Below, one piece after another: positions 1 through 8,441 of a DNA stretch of 39,643 nucleotides (position 1 is the stretch's first letter; each line of letters starts with the position of its first letter). The position numbers were made by a program, and so were the translations under genes. Origin of the DNA: an uncultured bacterium (lineage in GTDB: Bacteria > Armatimonadota > Zipacnadia > Zipacnadales > Zipacnadaceae). Where the stretch lies: positions 1-39,643 of the forward strand of contig CALFVE010000217.1 in the NCBI GenBank assembly GCA_937928475.1. Reading direction: 5' to 3'. The notes beneath the pieces are model-generated. The model had not been told where the DNA came from. It saw only the letters and a program-made list of their open reading frames with translations, and searched no databases.

Positions 1-1317
1 CGAGGGGGCCGCCCCCTCGATGACTTTTTCCAGGTCGGCCAGCGCTTCCGGCGACTTGTCTTTGCGGTACTTGGCCCAGGCCAGGTAGGCGGCGGCCTGC
101 TGCTTGTGAGCCTCGTCCGCCGCCACCTTGGCTGCCGTCTCGAAGGCGGCCACGGCGCCCTCCGCGTCGCCGGCGGCGGCCTTGAGGCGCCCTACATGCA
201 GGTAAGCGTCGGTCAAGCGAGGGCCGTCTCGATGCTCCTTAGTCAGGCGCTCGAAGGTGGCCAGGGCCTCGGCGGTCTTGTCGGGCTGCTGCTCATAAGT
301 GACGCCCAGCCAGTAGAGCCCCTCGGCGGCCCAGGGATTCTGTGCTTCTTCCGCCACGCGGGTGTACTGCTCCGCGGCTTCCGGCCAGCGCCGCAGGTAG
401 AAGAGGCAGTCGCCGATGCGCAGTTTGGCCTCCGCCGCCGTGGGGGAGTCGGGGTACTTGGCGGTTACCTGCTTGAACTTCTCCAGGGCGCCGGCATAGT
501 CGCCCTGTTGGAATCGGCACCAGGCGGCTCCGGCCAGGGCCGGCGCGGCAAAGCCCGAAGTGGCGTACTGGGCAATGACCTTCTCGAAGGCGGTCTGGGC
601 CGCCACGTAGTTCTTCTGGTTGTAGGCAGTCGCTCCCAGCAGGTACTGGCACTCAGCGGCCACCGGGCTAGAGCCGTACTTGTTCAGGACCTGCTGGAAC
701 ATGGCCGCGGCCTGGTCGGGACGGTCGAGTTTCAGGTGGCATAAGCCGATGGAGTAGATCGCGTAGGGGGCTTCGACGTCCCCCAACTTGAGGCGCAAGG
801 CCTCTTCGTAGGCGGCCCGCGCTTGCTCGTAGTTGGCCAGATGGTAGTGGCTTTCGCCTTGCCAGTAGGCGGCCTTGGCGGCGTGAGCGGATTTGGGGAA
901 ACGGGTAAGCAGCGCCTGGTACGCTTCGGCCGCCTGGGCGTATTGCTGCGTCTGGAAGCAGGCGTCTCCCAGCCAGAGGTAGCCGAGTTCCGCTTCCTCC
1001 CGGTCGCCAAAGCGCGTGGTCAGTTGCTGAAAGTAGGGCACGGCCTGATCCGGCTTGTTCAGGCGGCTGTAGCACTCGCCGGCGCGGAACAGAGCGAGGG
1101 GAAGGTTGGCGTGGTTGGGGTATTTCTTGATGAACTCGACGTATTTCTCGGCAGCCAGGGTGTAGTTTTGCTGTCCGTAGAGGCCCTCCGCAAAGGCGAA
1201 CTCCTGCTCGCCCGGCTGAGCCGCCTGGGCCAAAGCCAGTCCGGTGGCCGGCCCGAAGAGCGCCAAGGCGCAGAGTAGAGCGCCCACTGCTAGCCGCCGC
1301 CGTCGCCGGTGCCGCAT
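1..1317 (-). CDS. Secreted tetratricopeptide-repeat protein (YbgF/CpoB/BamD-like TPR units); 3' end runs off the window
   Basis: Absent from the ORF track because no stop codon lies in the window. The reverse-strand frame is open from ATG (complement of 1315-1317) to base 1, exactly 439 codons. My translation begins MRHRRRRRLAVGALLCALALFGPATGLALAQAAQ (signal peptide). It continues with many ~36-aa units such as YTLAAEKYVEFIKKYPNHANLPLALFRAGECY, YAQAAEAYQALLTRFPKSAHAAKAAYWQGESHY and YAGALEKFKQVTAKYPDSPTAAEAKLRIGDC. The start lies 5 nt downstream of the PD40 gene stop. Confidence 0.85.
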   Translation of the reverse strand, partial: MRHRRRRRLAVGALLCALALFGPATGLALAQAAQPGEQEFAFAEGLYGQQNYTLAAEKYVEFIKKYPNHANLPLALFRAGECYSRLNKPDQAVPYFQQLTTRFGDREEAELGYLWLGDACFQTQQYAQAAEAYQALLTRFPKSAHAAKAAYWQGESHYHLANYEQARAAYEEALRLKLGDVEAPYAIYSIGLCHLKLDRPDQAAAMFQQVLNKYGSSPVAAECQYLLGATAYNQKNYVAAQTAFEKVIAQYATSGFAAPALAGAAWCRFQQGDYAGALEKFKQVTAKYPDSPTAAEAKLRIGDCLFYLRRWPEAAEQYTRVAEEAQNPWAAEGLYWLGVTYEQQPDKTAEALATFERLTKEHRDGPRLTDAYLHVGRLKAAAGDAEGAVAAFETAAKVAADEAHKQQAAAYLAWAKYRKDKSPEALADLEKVIEGAAPS

Positions 1318-1322
1318 AGTGG

Positions 1323-2378
1323 TCAAGTCCTCCCCCCGATAGTGACCGCCGCCCAAGGCCCTGCCGGCCACAACAGCGAGGCTAGAGGCCGACTCAGAGG
1401 GCGCCAGGCGTGGTCCTTGCCTTTTACGGGTCCGCCGCTGACCTCGCGCACGCCGCTGCCGTCGGCGCTCATCACGTACAGCCGCGCCTGACCGTCGCGG
1501 TCAGAGAGAAAGGCAATCCGCTCCCCATCGGGAGACCAGCGCGGCGCCCAGTCGTTGGCGGGATGGTTGCTCAGGTTGAACCTCTCCCCGGAAACCAGCG
1601 ATTGCACAATGATCTCGCGATTGCCCGCCGGCGAGGAGGCGTAGACCAGCCGGGTGCCGTCGGGCGACCAGTCCGGCTCCTCGTTCCACACTTCGTTCTG
1701 GCTGATGTTGACGATGGCCAGGGTCGCCAGGTGGCAGAGGTAGACATCAATATTGCCGTCGCGATGGCTGCGGAAGGCCAGGCGGGCGCCGTCGGGCGAG
1801 AAGGCGGGGTCGCCGTCCCAGGCCTCGTGGCGAGTAAGGTTGATGGCCTGGGAGCCGTCCGGGCTGCAGAGCATGATCTCCTGGTTCTGCTCGCGGTCGG
1901 TCAGGAAGGCAATCCAGTCGCCGCGCGGGGACCAGACGGGAAAGCAGTCCCAGGCGTCGTGGCGGGAAAGACTGGCCACCCCTGTGCCATCGCGGCGGCA
2001 GCGGTAGACGTCTGACTCGCCATCGCGGTCGGAGGCGAAGGCGAGCCACTGGCCGTCGGGCGACCAGCAGGGGTATTGGTCAAAGTCGGGATGCCGGGTG
2101 AGGTTGCGCAGGCCCGAGCCGTCGGGGGCCATCAGGTAGATTTCGGGGTTGCCGTCGCGATCGGTAGTGAAAGCCAAAAGGTCGCCGGCAGGAGACCAGG
2201 CGGGGCTGACATCAGCGGCGGGGCTGCGGGTGAGACGAACGAGGCCGCTGCCGTCGTCGTTGACCAGGTAGATCTCTGGGTTTCCTTCGCGGGCGGAGAC
2301 GAAGAGCAGTTGCCCCGCGGAGACCGGGCCGAGCGCGGTGGTCAGTGCCGCCATCAGCATCCAGAGTCTGAACGACAC
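1323..2378 (-). CDS. PD40/TolB-like WD40-type beta-propeller protein, secreted
   Basis: GTG start at 2378 with GGAGGA about 11 nt upstream. Signal peptide MSFRLWMLMAALTTALGPVSAG. Recurring PD40 repeats: WSPAGDLLAFTTDRDGNPEIYLMAPDGSGLRNLT, WSPDGQWLAFASDRDGESDVY, FSPDGARLAFRSHRDGNIDVY, WSPDGERIAFLSDRDGQARLYVMSADGSG. No TolB N-terminal domain is visible. Confidence 0.9.
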   Translation of the reverse strand: MSFRLWMLMAALTTALGPVSAGQLLFVSAREGNPEIYLVNDDGSGLVRLTRSPAADVSPAWSPAGDLLAFTTDRDGNPEIYLMAPDGSGLRNLTRHPDFDQYPCWSPDGQWLAFASDRDGESDVYRCRRDGTGVASLSRHDAWDCFPVWSPRGDWIAFLTDREQNQEIMLCSPDGSQAINLTRHEAWDGDPAFSPDGARLAFRSHRDGNIDVYLCHLATLAIVNISQNEVWNEEPDWSPDGTRLVYASSPAGNREIIVQSLVSGERFNLSNHPANDWAPRWSPDGERIAFLSDRDGQARLYVMSADGSGVREVSGGPVKGKDHAWRPLSRPLASLLWPAGPWAAVTIGGRT

Positions 2379-2650
2379 GATAACTGAGGTCCTCCTCGGG
2401 CCAATGACGGTGGCCGAGACGGTGAGGCCTACCTTCGTGCGTACACGTCCTATAACAATTTTGCCCTATGTCGGGTTCGGGTCAGCCGGCCAAGTTCCCG
2501 CCTGACAGACCCGCCCGCGGGTGCCCTGTCTAGGTAGACAAGTGGCGGTCGCCGGGGAGTGGCTATTGCGTAGCGAGGGCGGTTGTACTAACATTGTGCT
2601 TCGACACGTCTGCGCAGGCATGATGGGTCACGCCGGGAGGTGGTGACGCG

Positions 2651-3577
2651 ATGGATTGTCCTAAGTGCGGATACGTGATGAGTGAGCTCGACACCGAGTG
2701 CCCGCGGTGCAAGGCGATCACACAGCGCCCGCCGCAGCCGGCGCCGGCCCCGGCTCAGGCTCCGCCGAGGCAGCAGGCAGCACCTGCCAAGGCCATGAAG
2801 AGCAAGGAGGCGGTTCCGGTAGTCGTGGCGCTCCCCCGACGTTCTGACGCCTTGACCTGGGGGCTGATCGCCGCGGGGCTGGCCATCGTGGCCCTGCTGG
2901 CGGTGCTCCTGGTGATGCAACTGCGCAGGCCCTCGCAGGCACGCATGGCTGCCGAGTCCACCGCGCAGGCACAAGCACCAGCACCGGCACCGCCCACTGG
3001 CACCCTGGCCGGCCAACCGCAGTCGCAAGTTCCCCCGGCCACCACCGGCAGCGATACCCTGGCGCAGAGCACCGGACAAGGAGTGCCGCCGGCCACCACC
3101 GGTGCCGACACGCTGGCGCAAGCGCAAGGCGCCCAGGTTCCTCCTGCGACCACCGACACGGGCGCGCTGGCGCAGGGTCAGTCGCAGAACGTCCCGCCGG
3201 CAACAACAGAGGGCGGGACTCTGGCGCAGGGCGAGGAGGAGTGGTATGACCCGCGCACCGTCTGCTCGTGGCGGCAAGTGTACGTCACCTCGGGAAGCGG
3301 GCTGAAGGTTACCCCTGCGCTGACGCTGCGCCGCCCTTGGCGCATTCGGTATTATACCGGGCAGATGCAGACCTCGGACAATCCCTGGTTTATCTTTGCG
3401 ATATCAGTTCCAACGATGGGCGTGGACGTAGTCCGTGTATACGAGTCGGCGCCGAACACGCAAGGCGTCATGCCGATGGGCAAGACCGGCACTTTCCCCC
3501 TGACGGTAGCCGCGACCAACTCGCTCAACTGGTGGATTGCGGTGGACCAGGGCGAGTTTTGCCCTCAGCGACGTTAG
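2651..3577 (+). CDS. Zinc-ribbon, single-pass membrane protein with PPATT..LAQ tandem repeats and an unassigned C-terminal beta-rich domain
   Basis: ATG 2651 is preceded by GGGAGGTGG. The N-terminus has a CxxC...CxxC zinc ribbon (MDCPKCGYVMSELDTECPRCK), then a Pro/Ala-rich linker and one TM helix (LTWGLIAAGLAIVALLAVLLVMQL). Four 18-aa repeats follow, then a ~110-aa non-repetitive C-terminal domain (WYDPRTVCSWRQVYVTSG...WWIAVDQGEF). Confidence 0.75.
   Translation: MDCPKCGYVMSELDTECPRCKAITQRPPQPAPAPAQAPPRQQAAPAKAMKSKEAVPVVVALPRRSDALTWGLIAAGLAIVALLAVLLVMQLRRPSQARMAAESTAQAQAPAPAPPTGTLAGQPQSQVPPATTGSDTLAQSTGQGVPPATTGADTLAQAQGAQVPPATTDTGALAQGQSQNVPPATTEGGTLAQGEEEWYDPRTVCSWRQVYVTSGSGLKVTPALTLRRPWRIRYYTGQMQTSDNPWFIFAISVPTMGVDVVRVYESAPNTQGVMPMGKTGTFPLTVAATNSLNWWIAVDQGEFCPQRR
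3032..3232 (+). repeat. In-frame imperfect 54-bp tandem repeat, about 3.7 copies (units start at 3032, 3086, 3140, 3194)
   Basis: Read directly from the sequence. The units encode PPATTGSDTLAQSTGQGV / PPATTGADTLAQAQGAQV / PPATTDTGALAQGQSQNV / PPATTEGGTLAQG, with an exact 54-nt period inside CDS 2651..3577. Confidence 0.85.
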
Positions 3578-3664
3578 CGCGGCGGCGTTGGCCTGGACGG
3601 GAGCCGCCGATTCGCCAAGACCGGAGCTAGTTTGCCGAGCGGAATGATCTCTGTGAGGTCCTAG

Positions 3665-4891
3665 ATGAACAACCAGCAGCCGCCGGAATCGGACGAGGAA
3701 CATATTCTCGAGGTAGACCTCGAGCAAGACGAGGAGGCGCTCCCGCCGGTCACCTCGGCACCGGAGGCGGGCGGCGAAGTGCTGGTCATCGAGCCCGAGC
3801 ACCTGCGGGACCTGTCACCGGCCCGCGCCAAGACCCCGCCGGCCGACTTGTACCCCCGCGTGGCGGTTCCGCCCGCGATGGAGAAGGCCGACAAGGCGGG
3901 CAAGACCGCCGTCGGCCCGGCGGACCTCGTGGGCGTGCTCAATACGATGCTGATCGGCGCCATCGGCGGGTTCATCGCCTGGCTGCTGGTCGAGCCTTTC
4001 ATCACGGATCCGCCGGCCGGCGCGCCGCCGGAGCAGCGGCTGCTAGTCTATGTACTGGGGGCGATGGGGCTGTTCGCGGCCTGCCTGGGGGGGATGATCG
4101 GCATGGCCTTGGGCAGCGCCGAGGGGTTAACCTCCCGCGCTTGGGAGAAGGCGGCCCGGGGCGCGCTGCTGGGGTTGGGCATCGGCACCGCTGGCGGCTT
4201 CGTCGGCGGTGTGATCGGTCAGGCGGTCTATGGGGGCCTGACACAGGCCTTTGGCCCAGCGCCGGGAACCCCGGGACCACCGACCGTTGCTCAGATTGCG
4301 GCCCGCGGGCTGGGCTGGGCTCTGGTGGGGCTGTTTGTAGGGATTGGTCAAGGGGCGGTGACCCGCGCCCAGCGGAAAATGGTCAACGGCCTCATCGGCG
4401 GCCTGCTGGGGGGACTAGCGGGAGGGTTGCTCTTTGACCCGCTGGCGGCGGTGGTCGCCTTCGCGGCGCGCTTGACGGGGGGCACGGTGGGCGGCGAGGT
4501 GAGCCGCCTGGTGGCGATCGTGGTCATGGGCGCGGCCTGCGGCGTCGCCATCGGCCTGGTCGAGCAGGTCCGCAAGGAGGCCTGGCTGCGGATCGTGGAG
4601 GGACCGCTCACCGGCAAGCAGTTCATCGTCTACCGCTCGCCGACCATCATCGGCGCGAGTCCCAAGTGCGACATCACGCTCGCCCTGGACAAGCTTGTCG
4701 CTCCCCAGCACGCCACTATCACGCACCAGGGCGCGCGCTACCTGCTCGGCGACCTGGGCTCCCCCACCGGCACCCGCGTGAACGGCCGCCCGGTGCGCAC
4801 GCACCTGCTGCGCAGCGGCGACCGCATCAGCATCGGGCAAACGACCATGATCTTCGCCGAGCGGGCTATACGCGGAGAGGGGCAGGCCTAG
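3665..4891 (+). CDS. FHA-domain polytopic membrane protein (acidic N-terminus, Gly-zipper TM region, C-terminal FHA)
   Basis: ATG 3665 has GAGG upstream. The N-terminus is acidic (ESDEEHILEVDLEQDEEA). Several Gly-rich hydrophobic helices follow (GAIGGFIAWLLV, LGAMGLFAACLGGMIGMALG, GLGIGTAGGFVGGVIG, GLIGGLLGGLAGGLLF). The C-terminal FHA signature is TIIGASPKCDITLALDKLVAPQHATITHQGARYLLGDLGSPTGTRVNGRPV...LRSGDRISIG (nt ~4616-4870). Confidence 0.85.
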   Translation: MNNQQPPESDEEHILEVDLEQDEEALPPVTSAPEAGGEVLVIEPEHLRDLSPARAKTPPADLYPRVAVPPAMEKADKAGKTAVGPADLVGVLNTMLIGAIGGFIAWLLVEPFITDPPAGAPPEQRLLVYVLGAMGLFAACLGGMIGMALGSAEGLTSRAWEKAARGALLGLGIGTAGGFVGGVIGQAVYGGLTQAFGPAPGTPGPPTVAQIAARGLGWALVGLFVGIGQGAVTRAQRKMVNGLIGGLLGGLAGGLLFDPLAAVVAFAARLTGGTVGGEVSRLVAIVVMGAACGVAIGLVEQVRKEAWLRIVEGPLTGKQFIVYRSPTIIGASPKCDITLALDKLVAPQHATITHQGARYLLGDLGSPTGTRVNGRPVRTHLLRSGDRISIGQTTMIFAERAIRGEGQA

Positions 4892-5062
4892 CGCGGAGAC
4901 GGCTTACGGGCCTAGCGCACGCCAAGGGACCCCGGGCGGCCGGGCTCGCCGCTACACTGTCCTCAGGCTGGAGTTCCCCGCGACACGCCCCTGGCCGGCT
5001 CGCCCTGCCCCCGGAGGTCGCCGCAAGCAGGCGGGCCGGCCAAGAGGCAGTAGCTGAGCGCC

Positions 5063-5365
5063 TTATTGGGCGGGGCCGGGAGCGCCGGCTCCAAGCGTGG
5101 GCGGCTGCAACCAGACCCAGCCCACCATCTGCATCTGGTTCACGTCAATCTTGTACAGGACGTTCCCGAGAACGATGTACAGGAAGCCCTCGTTGAAGGC
5201 CATAGCGGGAGAGCCCATGCCGGGCATCCCAAATCCGAAACCGGTGCGGCCGCCGATGCGGCCGCCGGGTTGGTTGCCACCACCACCCGGCGCGGCCTGG
5301 GCCAGAGCAGCGGCGGCCATCGCGACGAGCAACAGCACTAAGATAGTGACATACAGCGGCTTCAT
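5063..5365 (-). CDS. Small secreted Gly/Pro-rich protein (100 aa), function unknown
   Basis: The internal ATG at 5365 (MKPLYVTILVLLLVAMAAAALAQA, a clear signal peptide) is preceded by GAGGGGG at good spacing. The mature part is GGGGNQPGGRIGGRTGFGFGMPGMG followed by FLYIVLGNVLYKIDVNQMQMVGW. No family recognised. Confidence 0.55.
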   Translation of the reverse strand: MKPLYVTILVLLLVAMAAAALAQAAPGGGGNQPGGRIGGRTGFGFGMPGMGSPAMAFNEGFLYIVLGNVLYKIDVNQMQMVGWVWLQPPTLGAGAPGPAQ

Positions 5366-5492
5366 GAGAACTACCCCCTCGGCAGGATGATGGGCCGGCA
5401 AGTGCGCCAGCCGGGCAGCAGGGCGCTGCGCATATTAGCAGACGCGCCTCACGCGCCGCAGATTCCCGCTTTCTGCCCCTGCCCGAAGCGAA

Positions 5493-5520
5493 GGTCCCTG
5501 CCAGCGCCGGCCGAGGGACC
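5493..5520 (-). terminator. Possible intrinsic terminator hairpin directly after the isomerase stop codon
   Basis: Perfect 7-bp GC-rich stem GGTCCCT(5493-5499)/AGGGACC(5514-5520) with a 14-nt loop. On the minus-strand RNA it starts at the G of the TAG stop and is followed by UUCGCUUCGGG, which is only partly U-rich. A stem of this size can arise by chance in GC-rich DNA. Confidence 0.25.
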
Positions 5521-6383
5521 TACATCGCGAAGATACGGTCTAAGGCTAGCGAGTTCACCTGGAGGATATGCTCGGGCGCGTAAGGGTTGGGGGGCATGAC
5601 CTCGGCGGTTACCCAGCCGTCATAGCCAATCTCGCGCAGGGCCTTCATCACCTCCGGCCAGTTGACATCCCCGTCGAGCAGGTCGCAGAAGCCTTGGAGA
5701 TTGCCGAGGGCGACCTTGAAGTCTTTGACGTGGACGCGGCTGATGCGCGAGCCCAGAAGGCGAATCCACTGCTCGGGGAAGCCGGTGCGCAGGACGTTGC
5801 CGCAGTCGAAGTAGACGCTGACCCAGGGGCTGGCGAAGCCGTCCACGAACTCTACCCATTCCAGCGGGCTGAGCAGGAAACCGTTCCAGACGGGCTCCAG
5901 GCCGAGTTTGACCTGCCACTTCTCAGCAGCAGGGAGAAGCGTCTCCAGAGCCTCCCGCGAGCGCTGCCAGCAGAGTTCATAGGGCACCGGCGAGCCGCCC
6001 GGCCCGAAGGACCCAGCGACCACGCCGGGGATGACCAGGGCAGTGTCCACGCCGAGGATGGAACCTGCCTCGAGCATGACCTCGGTGAGGCGCAAGGCCC
6101 TGGCGCGAACCTCGGGGTCGTCGGCGGTGAGCGGGTAGGACCACAAGAGACCGGTAGCCACCGCGGCGATGCCGAGGCCAGCGCGCTCCGCGGCTTCCCG
6201 GATGGATTCGGCCTGCTGCTGCGCTGCCTCGACGGTGAGCAGGCCCCGGGCAGCTTTGCTACCGTCGGGGTCTTCTTCGAGAGTGACCTCCAGACCCTCG
6301 AAGCCCGCCTCGAGCGCCAGGGCCAGGATGTCCTGCATGGTGAGGCCGGCCTGGAACGACCACTGGCTGATTGACTTTTTCAT
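5520..6383 (-). CDS. Sugar phosphate isomerase/epimerase (xylose isomerase-like TIM barrel family)
   Basis: ATG at 6383 (MKKSISQWSF) has GGGAGG 7 nt upstream; the track's longer start at 6440 would overlap the upstream gene. Family-like features include GFEGLEV, a Glu-containing LGLEP segment, VYFDCGN and RISRVHVKD. Confidence 0.85.
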   Translation of the reverse strand: MKKSISQWSFQAGLTMQDILALALEAGFEGLEVTLEEDPDGSKAARGLLTVEAAQQQAESIREAAERAGLGIAAVATGLLWSYPLTADDPEVRARALRLTEVMLEAGSILGVDTALVIPGVVAGSFGPGGSPVPYELCWQRSREALETLLPAAEKWQVKLGLEPVWNGFLLSPLEWVEFVDGFASPWVSVYFDCGNVLRTGFPEQWIRLLGSRISRVHVKDFKVALGNLQGFCDLLDGDVNWPEVMKALREIGYDGWVTAEVMPPNPYAPEHILQVNSLALDRIFAM

Positions 6384-6402
6384 CAGCGACCCTCCCGTTT
6401 GG

Positions 6403-7425
6403 TCAAAGGGCGACCGGCTTGCCGGTCTGGGCAGATTCAAACTCGGCGGCGCAGATGCGCACCGACTCCCGGGCCGATTCGGGAGTTACCCGCAGCGGAG
6501 CACAGCCCGAGTTTATACACTGGAAGAAGTAAGCCATCTCCCGCACGTAGCCAGTCTCGGAGGCAATTGGGGGCACGGTCTGCTCCCCGTCGGGCCGATA
6601 AAGAATCAGGGCCGGGTCTCGGCCCAGGGCAAAATCGAGCAGGCCCTGGTCGCCCAGGATTTGGAAGGCCATGGTGAAGGGGAAGCCGGTTGGCATGGCC
6701 CAGCCCGCCTCGGCGACGCAGAGGAAATCATCATAAAGATACTGAGTGAGCACGTGGTTTACCTTGGGGCCGACGGTGAAAGCGTTGGCGGCGCGGGAGA
6801 AAACGGCCGGGGGCGTGCCGAAGACCGAGGCGATGAAGTCCACGTCGTGAATGTGCAGATCAAGCAGCGCCCCGCCGCTGAGCGCGGGATCGAGGATCCA
6901 GTTGCTCTCCGACCAGACCGGGGTAGCGGAGAGTCGAGTGAACTTGGCGGAGACGATCCTGCCCAGGGCGCCGCGGGCGACCAGATCGGCGGCGACCTCG
7001 TAGGCCGGCCAGAAGCGGATGCATTGGGCGATGAACAGGAAGCGGTCGTTGGCGCGGGCGGCGTCAATCATACGCTGACACTCAGGCACGCTCAGGGCCA
7101 TCGGCTTCTCGCAGATGACGTGCAACCCCGCCTCCAACGCCTGCACAGCCATGTCGGCATGAAGGAAGGTGGGTGTGCACAAATCTACGCAGTCCAGGCC
7201 CCCGGCTGCGAGCAACTCCTCGAAAGAGGTGAAACGAGCGAGCGCGGACAAGTCCAGCGGGGTGGGGTCGCCACCCAGGTTGCCCGCGAGGCTGGGCACT
7301 TGTTCCGCCACCCGCTCGGGGAGTTTGTCGCAAACAGCCACCAGGTCCACTCCCGAGGCCTCCCGATGCACGCGGAAATGGGCTTGGCCAATGAAGCCGA
7401 GGCCAACTAGGGCGAGACGGATCAT
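6403..7425 (-). CDS. Gfo/Idh/MocA family NAD(P)-dependent oxidoreductase
   Basis: ATG at 7425 has GGGAGG upstream. The N-terminal Rossmann motif is MIRLALVGLGFIGQAHF. The family motif VICEKPMALS is present, along with a C-terminal alpha/beta dimerisation-type region. The gene sits 19 nt upstream of the isomerase gene, so a likely operon. Confidence 0.9.
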   Translation of the reverse strand: MIRLALVGLGFIGQAHFRVHREASGVDLVAVCDKLPERVAEQVPSLAGNLGGDPTPLDLSALARFTSFEELLAAGGLDCVDLCTPTFLHADMAVQALEAGLHVICEKPMALSVPECQRMIDAARANDRFLFIAQCIRFWPAYEVAADLVARGALGRIVSAKFTRLSATPVWSESNWILDPALSGGALLDLHIHDVDFIASVFGTPPAVFSRAANAFTVGPKVNHVLTQYLYDDFLCVAEAGWAMPTGFPFTMAFQILGDQGLLDFALGRDPALILYRPDGEQTVPPIASETGYVREMAYFFQCINSGCAPLRVTPESARESVRICAAEFESAQTGKPVAL

Positions 7426-7658
7426 GCGCGGAACCTCCCGAAGGCGGAAGTCGCAAGTTGAAGATCGGAAGTGGAGAGAAGCAATGCCCACTCGATGTGG
7501 GGTTGTTTCCTCGTCTCCTTGCGACGCCCCTTCTTGCGGGAGGTAATCACTTCAGCGGAGGCGAAACGTGCAGCACAGTTTGCGCGGTTTTCGACCCGGC
7601 TGTGCGACTAGCGGCTTCCGACTTGGGACCCGCGCCTTCCGACCGGCGACCTGCGACC

Positions 7659-8441
7659 ATGCGAACCATCGGCCTCATTCCGGCCCGCTATGCTTCCACG
7701 CGCCTGCCCGGCAAGGCCCTGGCGCTGATTGCCGGGGAGCCGATGGTCTGGCACGTGTACCGGCGAGCGAGGGCAGCAGCCTGCCTGGAGCGGGTGATTG
7801 TGGCCACGGACGATGAGCGGATCCGGGCGGCAGTGGTTGAACGCGGGGGCGAGGCAGTGATGACCCGACCGGATCACGTCTCAGGGACAGACCGCCTGGC
7901 GGAGGTTGCCGCCGACCTGGAGTGCGACCTGGTGGTCAATCTCCAGGGGGACGAGCCGCTAATGGACCCGGCGATTATCGAGGCGACGGTAGCGCCGTTT
8001 CTTTCAGAGCCGGCCTTGCGCATGAGCACGGCGGCCACGCCGATTCAAGATGCGGGCGAGTATCGCGATGCCGCAGTGGTGAAGGTGGTGCTCGACGAGC
8101 GGGGCTATGCCTTGTATTTCTCCCGCTCCCCTCTCCCCTACTTCCGGGTTGACAGTCCCGGGGGCGCTCCCGATAATACCTGCCGAGACCCGGAGACCGG
8201 CCTGAGCGCGCTCAAGCATCTGGGGCTGTACGTGTACCGGCGGGAGACACTGCTTTGGCTGAGCGGCCTGCCGCCGACGGCGCTGGAGAGAGCGGAGAAG
8301 TTGGAGCAGTTGCGGGCTCTGGGACACGGCTGTCCGATCCGGGTGGTGGTGGTGGACTACTCGCCGCTGGGGGTGGACACCCCGGAGGACCTGGAACGAG
8401 TACGCCGACTGCTAGAGGATCAGACGACTTGTCCACCCTAG
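7659..8441 (+). CDS. kdsB: 3-deoxy-manno-octulosonate cytidylyltransferase (CMP-KDO synthetase)
   Basis: ATG at 7659 gives MRTIGLIPARYASTRLPGKALALIAGEPMVWHVY, then VIVATDDERI, NLQGDEPLMDP, LGLYVYRRETL and LEQLRALGHG. This is the typical KdsB motif order. The track ORF start at 7458 adds an implausible N-terminal extension. Confidence 0.92.
   Translation: MRTIGLIPARYASTRLPGKALALIAGEPMVWHVYRRARAAACLERVIVATDDERIRAAVVERGGEAVMTRPDHVSGTDRLAEVAADLECDLVVNLQGDEPLMDPAIIEATVAPFLSEPALRMSTAATPIQDAGEYRDAAVVKVVLDERGYALYFSRSPLPYFRVDSPGGAPDNTCRDPETGLSALKHLGLYVYRRETLLWLSGLPPTALERAEKLEQLRALGHGCPIRVVVVDYSPLGVDTPEDLERVRRLLEDQTTCPP

Noticed and set aside
106-744. Long plus-strand track ORFs across 106-1278 (212 aa, 151 aa)
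   Set aside because: They lie antisense to the clearly TPR-repeat reverse frame. Their translations are Gly/Arg/Leu/Ala-rich with no motif, as expected for off-frame ORFs in high-GC DNA.
4885-4918. 10-bp direct repeat ggcctagcgc at 4885-4894 and 4909-4918, spanning the FHA gene stop
   Set aside because: Too short and isolated to be meaningful. There are no flanking inverted repeats or mobile-element genes, and it is consistent with chance.
6169-7410. 413-aa plus-strand ORF antisense to the Gfo/Idh/MocA gene (and 5568..6374 antisense to the isomerase)
   Set aside because: Arg/Gly/Ala/Pro-dominated composition and no recognisable domain. The opposite strand carries a complete Rossmann + EKP-motif oxidoreductase with a strong RBS.
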